Shown here piece by piece: positions 1-8,482 of a stretch of 64,000 nucleotides of DNA. Every line of letters starts with the position of its first letter. Position 1 is the stretch's first letter. A model generated the notes under the pieces. That model saw nothing but the letters and a program-made list of their open reading frames with translations, had not been told where the DNA came from and did not search any database. Source of the stretch: a virus (lineage: Duplodnaviria; Caudoviricetes); IMG/VR virus record IMGVR_UViG_3300022074_005559; one strand, 5' to 3'. A program made the translations under genes and the position numbers.

Positions 1-20
1 ACGTAGCAACACTTAACCGT

Positions 21-1028
21 GTGATCCTACCAGTGATCAGACGTGTTATGCCAACTGTTATCGCTAACGAAATCGTTGGTGTTCAGCCAATGCAAGGCCC
101 AGTTGGACAGATTCACACTCTACGTGTTCGTTATGCAGACACAGTATCTTCATCAGCAAGTGCACCGTTTGATACAAGCACAACAGCAGGTGACGAAGCA
201 CTATCGCCATTCAAGATTGCAACAGCGTATTCAGGTTCAACCACAACAGGTAAAGCTGATACAACAGCAGCAAAAGAAGGCACAGGTGGTTCACAACTAT
301 CAATCCAAATCTTGAAGCAGCCGGTCGAAGCAAAGACTCGTAAGCTACAAGCACGTTGGACTTTTGAAGCAGCACAAGATGCACAGTCAATGCACGGCAT
401 CGATGTAGAAGCAGAAGTAATGGCAGCTCTTGCACAAGAGATCACTGCTGAAATCGACCAGGAAATCCTAGGTTCACTTCGTTCACTAGCAGCTACAGAA
501 GAAACATACAACCAGGCAGCAGTGTCAGGTACAGCAACTTACGTTGGTGACGAGCATGCAGCACTTGCAGTTCTAATCAACCGCACAGCAAACAAGATTG
601 CACAGCGCACACGTCGCGGTGCAGGCAACTTTGCAGTATGTTCACCAGAAGCACTAACAGTACTTCAGTCAGCATCAACAAGTGCATTTGCTCGTACAAC
701 AGAAGGTGCTTTCGAAGCTCCAACTAACACTAAGTTTGTAGGTACACTAAACGGCGCAATGCGTGTTTACGTTGACTCATATGCAGCAGACGGTACAGCA
801 GTACTTGTTGGCTACAAAGGCTCAAGTGAAACAGATGCGGCAGCATTCTATTGCCCATACGTTCCGCTAATGTCAAGTGGCACAGTGCTTGATCCATCAA
901 CTTTCGAGCCAGTCGTATCATTCATGACACGTTATGGCTACGTTGAGCTTTCAAACACAGCAAGTTCACTAGGTAACGCAGGTGACTACGTTGGTGAAGT
1001 TGCAATGTCAAACATCTCATTCTCATAA
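21..1028 (+). CDS. gp23: T4-like major capsid protein, 5'-truncated (frame is open to the window edge)
   Basis: gp23 motifs LPVIRRVMP..IANEIVGVQPM.GP.GQI, VEAKTRKLQARWTFEAAQD, AFYCPYVPL, FMTRYG. Confidence 0.95.
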   Translation: MILPVIRRVMPTVIANEIVGVQPMQGPVGQIHTLRVRYADTVSSSASAPFDTSTTAGDEALSPFKIATAYSGSTTTGKADTTAAKEGTGGSQLSIQILKQPVEAKTRKLQARWTFEAAQDAQSMHGIDVEAEVMAALAQEITAEIDQEILGSLRSLAATEETYNQAAVSGTATYVGDEHAALAVLINRTANKIAQRTRRGAGNFAVCSPEALTVLQSASTSAFARTTEGAFEAPTNTKFVGTLNGAMRVYVDSYAADGTAVLVGYKGSSETDAAAFYCPYVPLMSSGTVLDPSTFEPVVSFMTRYGYVELSNTASSLGNAGDYVGEVAMSNISFS

Positions 1029-1054
1029 GTCTAACTTATAGAATAGGAATACAG

Positions 1055-1081
1055 AAACAGGGACTTAGGTCCCTGTTTTTT
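1055..1081 (+). terminator. Intrinsic terminator after gp23
   Basis: AAACAGGGAC-TTAG-GTCCCTGTTT followed by Ts. Confidence 0.9.
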
Positions 1082-1089
1082 GTTAAATA
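1082..1089 (+). promoter_or_regulatory. T4-type late promoter variant GTTAAATA
   Basis: Resembles TATAAATA; lies just after the terminator, upstream of the gene at 1158. Confidence 0.65.
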
Positions 1090-1093
1090 CAGT

Positions 1094-1150
1094 ATCAGCA
1101 AAGACTGATTTATGGGGCACCAACCCCGTAGGCTTAGAACGTCAAAGGAG
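1094..1150 (+). promoter_or_regulatory. Structured 5' leader with two hairpins before the SD
   Basis: ATCAG-caaaga-CTGAT (1094-1109), TATGGGG-caccaa-CCCCGTA (1111-1130), then AAGGAG. Confidence 0.5.
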
Positions 1151-1157
1151 AAAACAA

Positions 1158-1592
1158 ATGGGAAGACCAATTAAAAGCGCCGAAACAGTAGGCGGAACAT
1201 CAAAACTTGCTAGTGTAAACACAGTATTGCCAATCGGTAACAGTGGACTAAGCGGCAATCAAATTATTATGAGAGCCTTTGTTACTGGAGGCAGTGCGCA
1301 GGTTACAACAAACGTTATCCAAAAAGGTACAAAACGTTTTCGTTGTACAACTGCAACTGGTACAGAAACACTAACTCTTGTGCCAGTAGTACACACTTCA
1401 ATTAGTGCAGGGCAGTGCCAGATTACTGGTACAGACAGTGCAGGCGGAACTTACTTTGCTAGTAAGATCACAGGACGTCATTTTGTAGTAGGCGCACTAG
1501 GAACAGGCTCGCAGTTTGCAGTAGGCGATAAAGCAAATATTGTAGCATCAAGCCCAGTTTTAAACGTAAGTGTAAGTATTCCTAACGGCTAA
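1158..1592 (+). CDS. Hypothetical virion-associated protein
   Basis: ATG at 1158 follows SD AAGGAG (ORF track starts at 1080); Gly/Thr-rich; directly after gp23. Confidence 0.7.
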   Translation: MGRPIKSAETVGGTSKLASVNTVLPIGNSGLSGNQIIMRAFVTGGSAQVTTNVIQKGTKRFRCTTATGTETLTLVPVVHTSISAGQCQITGTDSAGGTYFASKITGRHFVVGALGTGSQFAVGDKANIVASSPVLNVSVSIPNG

Positions 1593-1599
1593 TAGTTAC

Positions 1600-1628
1600 T
1601 TGACTAAAATAAAGGGTTACAGTATAAT
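1600..1628 (+). promoter_or_regulatory. sigma70-like promoter TTGACT-N17-TATAAT
   Basis: TTGACT 1600-1605, 17-nt spacer, TATAAT 1623-1628. Confidence 0.8.
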
Positions 1629-1646
1629 ACACTGTAACCTTTTTTT
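1611..1646 (+). terminator. Intrinsic terminator overlapping the -10 box
   Basis: GGTTACAGT-ataatac-ACTGTAACC followed by T7. Confidence 0.7.
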
Positions 1647-1651
1647 AAGAC

Positions 1652-2239
1652 ATGAATAAAGATTTCGCATTTATATTAGGCAATGGTATTACTAGACTAC
1701 AAGTAGACTGTGAAGGTCTTCTTGACTATGGATATGTGTACGGTTGTAATAGAATATACCAAGAGTTTGCTTCTACTGTGTTAGTTAGTACTGATGCAGG
1801 TATGGCAAGAGAAATACAAGGAAGTGGATATAGTTCGAGATACACGCACTATACAAGAAAAAAACACATAATAAAAAATCGTGGATCTCGTGTACTGCCA
1901 GCTCATTTACATGATTATAGCAGTGGTCCTGCGGCTTTGGGTATAGCTGCATCTAGTGATAGCAACTATCTTTTTATGATAGGCATGGATCTCAAAGGAA
2001 AAAACAATATGATTAACAACATATACGCAGGCACACCTAACTATCTAGACAATAATGCAGATCCAACTTTTTTTGGTAACTGGGTAGATCAAGTAAACAC
2101 GCTAATGAAACTATACAGTAACAAAAGATTCTTTCATGTCAATCCTTTAGATAACTTTACAGATGAAAGTTTTAGAAAAAATCCTAACTTCACTGTGATG
2201 ACTTTAGAGGAGTTTAAGAGGATGATAAATAAAGTATAA
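1652..2239 (+). CDS. Maf/DUF115 (MptE-like, CstII-fold) putative glycosyltransferase
   Basis: Motifs FILGNG, YGCNRIY, VLVSTD, SSGPAALGIA, LFMIGMDL. Confidence 0.6.
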   Translation: MNKDFAFILGNGITRLQVDCEGLLDYGYVYGCNRIYQEFASTVLVSTDAGMAREIQGSGYSSRYTHYTRKKHIIKNRGSRVLPAHLHDYSSGPAALGIAASSDSNYLFMIGMDLKGKNNMINNIYAGTPNYLDNNADPTFFGNWVDQVNTLMKLYSNKRFFHVNPLDNFTDESFRKNPNFTVMTLEEFKRMINKV

Positions 2240-2257
2240 CGCAGGATTGTTAAAAGA

Positions 2258-2896
2258 ATGGCACAAACCAAAAGAGTATCTGGTACCTATACTATTAGCG
2301 CAAGCAGTTTTACGCTTGACAATGATGTAACTGTCACTGGTAACCTTACAGTTACTGGTACTACTAATAGTGTTGAAACTACAAACACAAGGATCACTGA
2401 TAATATTGTGACTTACAACCAAGGCGCATCGGGCGCAGGTGTTGGAGGTACTGGATTTAGTGGTATTGAGATTGAACGTGGTAGTTTAGACAATGCGTTG
2501 CTAGTGTTTGATGAATCAGATGATACATTTAAAATCAGTACTGATGGAGGTAGCAGTTATGTCAGTCTAACAACCGGCAGCGGCGGCATAAACAATGTTG
2601 TAGAAGATACAACTCCGCAGCTCGGCGGTGACTTAGATATTAATGGCAAAAATATTGTTAGTGCTACAAGTAACATGGATATTCAACTTATTCCTAACGG
2701 TACAGGTCGTGTTACAGTAACAAGTGCCCTAAAACTTAACGATCAAGTAAGTGCTCCTAGTAGTGCTACAGGTGCTACACTGCTTTACGCTGACACAGCG
2801 GCAGGCGGAGGCACTGGTGTGTTTTTTGTAGATGGCAGTGCTAGTGATGAACTAGTAAGCAAAAGTAAAGCCATCGTATATGGTTTGATTTTTTAA
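2258..2896 (+). CDS. Fibre/baseplate-associated structural protein
   Basis: Late promoter GATAAATA 2224-2231; shared fibre module VTGNLTVTGTT...GIEIERG...FDESDD. Confidence 0.7.
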   Translation: MAQTKRVSGTYTISASSFTLDNDVTVTGNLTVTGTTNSVETTNTRITDNIVTYNQGASGAGVGGTGFSGIEIERGSLDNALLVFDESDDTFKISTDGGSSYVSLTTGSGGINNVVEDTTPQLGGDLDINGKNIVSATSNMDIQLIPNGTGRVTVTSALKLNDQVSAPSSATGATLLYADTAAGGGTGVFFVDGSASDELVSKSKAIVYGLIF

Positions 2897-2907
2897 AGGA
2901 CAGGTAA

Positions 2908-3216
2908 ATGGCAATCAGTCAACAAGCAGTAGGAACAAGTGCAACAACAGTTTATACTAGCACAAACACAACAGCAATCACTTGTATGTTCTTTATGAAC
3001 GACAATGCCGCTGCAAGAACACTAGATGTTCATGTTGTAAAAAGTGGTGAGTCACCAGGCACAGCAAACAAGATTGTAAAAACTATTACTATTGATCCTG
3101 CTGATACATATGTTATTAATATTGAAAAACTTGTGTTGGACAATGGTGACACAGTCCAATGTGTTGCTAGTGCAGCAACAAGTGTCTATGCAACAGTCAG
3201 TTCAGTGAGTATCTAA
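2908..3216 (+). CDS. Small beta-rich virion protein
   Basis: SD GGA/AGGT; in the structural operon; Thr/Ser/Val-rich. Confidence 0.65.
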   Translation: MAISQQAVGTSATTVYTSTNTTAITCMFFMNDNAAARTLDVHVVKSGESPGTANKIVKTITIDPADTYVINIEKLVLDNGDTVQCVASAATSVYATVSSVSI

Positions 3217-3656
3217 TGGCAGGTTTTGTAAAAAACAAAGGTAGTTTTGATGGTGGTAACACAATCAAAGCAGATGAAATCGGTGCAACAGGAACACCTT
3301 CAGGCGGATCTGCAGATAGACCAAATGATCCAGAAACAGGTGATCTTCGCTTTAACACAGATGATGGTGCGTTAGAAGTTTATGATGGCACTCAGTTCAA
3401 AACACTTGCGACTAGTGGTACTGCAACCATTACACAGGATAGCTTCACAGGCGATGGATCAACTACTGCATTCACAATGAGTACTAGTGTAACTAGTGAC
3501 CAAGAACAACGCATTATTGTAGCAGTAGGAAACGTTTATCAAAATCCAGCAAGTGCTTACACAGTAAGCGGTACAACTATTACATTCACAAGTCCGCCGG
3601 GCGCCGCAGAAACAATCACTGTTGTACACGGTTTCGATAGCACTACCGCAGCCTGA
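3216..3656 (+). CDS. Fibre-module protein
   Basis: RP...GDLRFNT..LEVYDG and FTGDGSTTAF...VYQNP..YTVSGTTITF..PP modules shared with 7205 and 8483. Confidence 0.7.
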   Translation: MAGFVKNKGSFDGGNTIKADEIGATGTPSGGSADRPNDPETGDLRFNTDDGALEVYDGTQFKTLATSGTATITQDSFTGDGSTTAFTMSTSVTSDQEQRIIVAVGNVYQNPASAYTVSGTTITFTSPPGAAETITVVHGFDSTTAA

Positions 3657-3728
3657 TAAATACATGCAACAAACCCTGGCACCTCGGATGTTAGCATGGT
3701 GTTCGCAGGATAGCGGAGTGTATTAAGT

Positions 3729-6700
3729 ATGGCTATTAGTCGTATTGGCGGTAAAGCCTTAAAAGCAAATCTAGAACGTGATAGCAATCTTACTTTCAAT
3801 ACTGACACTCTAACGGTTGACTATACCAATGATCGTATTGGTATTGGCACAACTAACCCTTCAGAAAAACTCAGTGTAACGGGATCAGCAACTATTAGTG
3901 ACACGCTAACAGTTGATACTAGTGCTGACATTGATGGCATCCGCATCATTGATAACAACATTCAAGCAACCAGAACTAACGATGATGTTACTATTGTACC
4001 AAGTGGTACAGGCAGTGTTAACGTTAGTTCAAGTGTTATTAGCAATGTAGTTGATCCAGTATCAGCACAAGATGCTGCAACTAAATCATATGTAGATGCA
4101 CAGATAAGCGGTAATGCAATCGGCACAGGCATGCAGATTACATTAGGTACTCCTACAGATAGTAGTCTAGTAACAGATTCTATGTACAAAAGTTTTGTAA
4201 CAGGGACAAAAGTTACAGATGCTATTGACGATCTTAACGAAGCAATACAAAACGTACTTAATAGTACCGCAGTTAGTAATGTAGACTTTGTTGCTGATAC
4301 AACAAGTGGCGGTGCAGGTACAACAGTAACACTTACTATCACAGCAGATGGTAATCCAAACAGATATGATATTACTTGGGGCGATGGTGATACCACAACA
4401 GGTACAACAGACAGCACCCCAAGTCACACTTATGCCACCAACACAGGCAGTCCATTTAGTGTAACAGTTAGAGCATACAATAATGGTGGTAGTGGCTCTG
4501 GAAGCGAAGAAAGTAAAACTCGTACAGATTATATAACAATCTTCACCGCTGACCCAGTTGTGAGTTTCGCGGCATACGCGGCAAGTTCTGGAGGTTCGCC
4601 CATCACAGTGTGGAACGACGGTGACACGATTTATTTTCAAAACAATACTACTAATATCGGTAGCGCAACAATCCAGTTTACTTGGGATTGGGGCGACAGT
4701 GAATCAGATGATGTTATCACTGACGATACAGCAAATGGTGGCACAGCGGGCGGACGACTTGCTCACACATTTACTGCCAGTACTGAGACAGAAGTACAAC
4801 GCACTGTTAGACTAACACTGGATAGCCATAGCACAGCATTGCCTGCTAGTATACCAACCAACACTACAAACACATACAAGATTTATGACACACATACACC
4901 TACTGTAACACTTGATGACAACAGTGGTGTAAACGAAGAAAGCACCAGTGGTCACGTTGTAAGTCTTACAAATACAACAGAAGCAGGTGTAGGAAGTTAT
5001 GCTACATACGGCATACAATATCAATACCAGTTTGGTGATGGCACAAGCAATGTCACTGTTAACGCTGGCAGCGGATCAGTAGGTGATAGAAACGTTGCAC
5101 TAAGTCATACATATGCACTAAGTTCAAGTGACCAAGCAAATGGCACTGCACGAGACTATACAGGTAACCTGCGTGTAATCAGTAACCACACAAGTTCACC
5201 ATTTATAAGCAGTACATTTACAGTACACGTTGAGCCAGATGTTAGAGCAAACATTGCTGGTACGGCAATTAGTGTTAGTGATGGTAGTGGTGATGATCAG
5301 TATGACATTTATAATTTTACAGATTACAATGGTGTAAACAGAGCAAGAGTGCGCATGACAAACACCAGTCAAAATGCAGATGATTATGTTTATGTATGGG
5401 GTGATGGCGACACAGACAACGTAACAGAAGATGGTACTAGTGCAGGTAGTATAGGAGCAGTGATTAATCACAACTATCTAGGTGAAAGCACAGGTAGTTA
5501 CAATGTGTCATTCACAGCAAACGGCACACCAGATTTGACTGCCCAAACAGATGTAGACACAAGCATTACATTCAACATAAAAGCAACACCAAGTGCTCCA
5601 ACAAGTTTAAGTGGCAAAAGTCTTACATTAAGTGACAGTGCGCAAGGCACAAGTCCGTTGCTTGCAGCAAACTTTGATGACAACACTAGTTCAGCAACAA
5701 CACTCAGTGCTGGTTCTAACCTAAACACTACAACAGCAAGACGATATACCAGTGGCACTATTGACACCAGCACAGTCAACGACGCATACAATGGTGTAAG
5801 TGGTACACTAGCCGCAGAGATCAATGCCAGTGATGATGGAACAAAAACATTTAGTACAAGCACGGGCGAAACAGGCACATTTACAAGTCTTGTGGTTAGT
5901 CAAAACGTTGATTATCATGATATTGATGCAAGTTATCCAAGTGATTTTTATCAAACGTTTGACGCAAAAATCACAAAAGCACTTACAGGATATACTGTAG
6001 GACTAAACGCACAGCGACTAACACACACTACAACAGGCAACACAAACTATGTGTATGTGCTAAAAGATGATATGACAGGCAGTCCTAGTTTCGGAGCAAC
6101 AGGCACACTTAGTGAAGGTACTGGTGGTACAAAGAGATTTATCTCTGGTATTCCCTATTACAACACTGGCAGTCCAACTTTAACACTAAGCGGAGTAACT
6201 GTAAACAACCTTGTAGGTCAGGCATACACAAATCAAAATGACATTGTTGAAGTAGATCCTGGTACAAACTATGAAAGTACTAGTAATAGTGCTATTCAAA
6301 ATGAAAACTACACTTATGCGAATATTTTAGAATCTGGACAACTCAGCAGTGGCATTCCTGTAAAAGACATTGGTACAAGCAGTGCTTACAGTATCAAAGA
6401 TCTCACAGTGGACATTACAACTTCAAGTGTGCGCACTGTTGAAGCACCGCGTATCCGTGCAAGAAATGTTAATGGATCCAGCAGTTATACACAACTTAGC
6501 ACAAAAGTACAGGTGCATAGAAGCGCACAAAGTGGCATCAGTGAGATTGCTATTGCGGTAAGTGACAGTTTAGGTGCTACATATGATGACGATGCTGTGC
6601 GTGTATTTGATTTCAGTGCAGACACTACTAACACACCAAGTTACACAAGTAGCACAAACTTTTACACAAACAGTGTGTACGGTGAAAGTGCAGATCCGGG

Positions 6701-7205
6701 TGTGAGTGGTACACAAGAAGCAACTATTAGACTGGGTATACTAGAACACAATGTAATAGACTATAGCACAGGGTTCCTACCAGTGGGTCCTGACAGAAGC
6801 GGTGATACTGGCACACAGTATTTTACATTTGCATTCCGCAGAACTACAGTTAGTAACTTTGATATCAACATCACAAGTTCAAGTGGTGTAAGTGGTGTGT
6901 TTATTGCGGCACCAGGTACAGGCATTGATGACAGTAGTGGACTCAACGGTTGGCTAGATTGTAGTACAACATATGGTGGTAGTGGACAACCCGGCAGTGA
7001 CACAGGCAATGGTGGTAATGGTTCAAACGGTTGTGCATTTACATCAGGTGATAGAATAGTAACAGGCACTGCACTCAGCGGTGGCTATACAATGACACTG
7101 GGCAGTGAGAACATGTCAAACGCTCAGGATAATGTAGTGTTGGTGCGTATTGCACTAGCAAGTGGCGAAAGCGTAACTGCATTAAGTATAGGAGTTGCTA
7201 GTTAA
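3729..7205 (+). CDS. Large PKD-repeat virion/adhesin protein (1158 aa)
   Basis: Four W/FGDG-type PKD signatures (ITWGDG, WDWGDS, YQFGDG, YVWGDG) each followed by HTY/HTF/HNY; DPxSAQDAATKxYVD motif; late promoter 3655-3662. Confidence 0.75.
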   Translation: MAISRIGGKALKANLERDSNLTFNTDTLTVDYTNDRIGIGTTNPSEKLSVTGSATISDTLTVDTSADIDGIRIIDNNIQATRTNDDVTIVPSGTGSVNVSSSVISNVVDPVSAQDAATKSYVDAQISGNAIGTGMQITLGTPTDSSLVTDSMYKSFVTGTKVTDAIDDLNEAIQNVLNSTAVSNVDFVADTTSGGAGTTVTLTITADGNPNRYDITWGDGDTTTGTTDSTPSHTYATNTGSPFSVTVRAYNNGGSGSGSEESKTRTDYITIFTADPVVSFAAYAASSGGSPITVWNDGDTIYFQNNTTNIGSATIQFTWDWGDSESDDVITDDTANGGTAGGRLAHTFTASTETEVQRTVRLTLDSHSTALPASIPTNTTNTYKIYDTHTPTVTLDDNSGVNEESTSGHVVSLTNTTEAGVGSYATYGIQYQYQFGDGTSNVTVNAGSGSVGDRNVALSHTYALSSSDQANGTARDYTGNLRVISNHTSSPFISSTFTVHVEPDVRANIAGTAISVSDGSGDDQYDIYNFTDYNGVNRARVRMTNTSQNADDYVYVWGDGDTDNVTEDGTSAGSIGAVINHNYLGESTGSYNVSFTANGTPDLTAQTDVDTSITFNIKATPSAPTSLSGKSLTLSDSAQGTSPLLAANFDDNTSSATTLSAGSNLNTTTARRYTSGTIDTSTVNDAYNGVSGTLAAEINASDDGTKTFSTSTGETGTFTSLVVSQNVDYHDIDASYPSDFYQTFDAKITKALTGYTVGLNAQRLTHTTTGNTNYVYVLKDDMTGSPSFGATGTLSEGTGGTKRFISGIPYYNTGSPTLTLSGVTVNNLVGQAYTNQNDIVEVDPGTNYESTSNSAIQNENYTYANILESGQLSSGIPVKDIGTSSAYSIKDLTVDITTSSVRTVEAPRIRARNVNGSSSYTQLSTKVQVHRSAQSGISEIAIAVSDSLGATYDDDAVRVFDFSADTTNTPSYTSSTNFYTNSVYGESADPGVSGTQEATIRLGILEHNVIDYSTGFLPVGPDRSGDTGTQYFTFAFRRTTVSNFDINITSSSGVSGVFIAAPGTGIDDSSGLNGWLDCSTTYGGSGQPGSDTGNGGNGSNGCAFTSGDRIVTGTALSGGYTMTLGSENMSNAQDNVVLVRIALASGESVTALSIGVAS

Positions 7206-8335
7206 TGGCTATTACAGATACCCAAAAAGTTGACTACCTTTGGAAAAAACTAGGTTACGCTGCAACTAAATCTGATACCAATGCTAACAAAAAAGCACCT
7301 AACGAAGCGATTGCATCGCCTCTTATACTTCGTGCAGACAAAGTACTAAAAGACTCGTCTAGTATTCCAAGCACACAGCCTGCAAGTAGCACAGGTGTTG
7401 TTACTGTGTATCCAACAAGCAGTCCTATTGAAACAACACTGGATAATACTGCAACTGCAAACAGAACTTGGAAAACAGGACAAACAGATTGGATCTCTCC
7501 AGAGTTTGGTAGTACATATCAAGTAAAAGTTTACATTCACACCAGCAGTGATGCCGCTGGCGCTAGTGGCGGAGATCAAGTGTTTGCCACAGGTAGTGGC
7601 AATGATGATGAATGGTTCTTTGACTATCAGAGTGGTGTGCTACACTTTATTGGTACTAATCTGCCTAATGGTATTAATTTTACTGGTAAGAGTGTTTACA
7701 TTGCAGGTGCAAGATACAGCGGTGAGTTTGGTGTAGGTGGTGACTTAGGTGCATTTACTTTTACAGACAACAGACTGCAAACCACTGTAACTAACGAAGA
7801 GATTATTATTGAACCTGCTGGCACAGGGTATGTTAAAGTAGACGCAAGCAGTGGACTTATTGTTCCTGTTGGAAGTACTTTAGAACGTCCTAGTGGACAA
7901 ACTGGTATGATGCGTTTTAACACCACTACAAGTTTGATGGAAGTATACAATGGTAGTGCATGGGTCAACGTAGGTGGTAGCACAGTTACACTTGATGAGT
8001 TTGATGGAGATGGCACTGATACTGCATTTACACTTTCACAAAGTGCTACAACTGCAACTGTTATTGTTAGTATGAATGGTACTGTACAAGAAGCAACAAA
8101 CACATATACAGTAAGTGGAACTACACTGACTTTTAATGAAGCACCTGTTACGGGAGATAAAATACAAGTAAGAAACTTTTTCAGCGGAAATGAGTTACAA
8201 CCTGCAAGCAAGTTTCAAAGTTATACTACAACTCAGCGTAACTCATTAAGTCCTAGTAATGGTGATGTGATATATAACACTACTACACATAAGTTTCAAG
8301 GTTATGCAAATAGCGGTTGGGTAGACTTCCACTAA
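7205..8335 (+). CDS. Fibre/baseplate structural protein
   Basis: Shared modules VPVGSTLERP..GMMRFNT and FDGDGTDTAF..NGTVQE..YTVSGTTLTF. Confidence 0.7.
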   Translation: MAITDTQKVDYLWKKLGYAATKSDTNANKKAPNEAIASPLILRADKVLKDSSSIPSTQPASSTGVVTVYPTSSPIETTLDNTATANRTWKTGQTDWISPEFGSTYQVKVYIHTSSDAAGASGGDQVFATGSGNDDEWFFDYQSGVLHFIGTNLPNGINFTGKSVYIAGARYSGEFGVGGDLGAFTFTDNRLQTTVTNEEIIIEPAGTGYVKVDASSGLIVPVGSTLERPSGQTGMMRFNTTTSLMEVYNGSAWVNVGGSTVTLDEFDGDGTDTAFTLSQSATTATVIVSMNGTVQEATNTYTVSGTTLTFNEAPVTGDKIQVRNFFSGNELQPASKFQSYTTTQRNSLSPSNGDVIYNTTTHKFQGYANSGWVDFH

Positions 8336-8482
8336 TAGATAAATAAGTTTGTAAGAACTTCCTTTTTACAACATTCCCCCTCTTTATAACGTCTGTAATG
8401 CTTTTTTTTTCAGGCGCTGATTCATCACGGCTATTGATAAATATGCTTATAGATAAGACCGTGATTGGAGTAGAGACACAAA

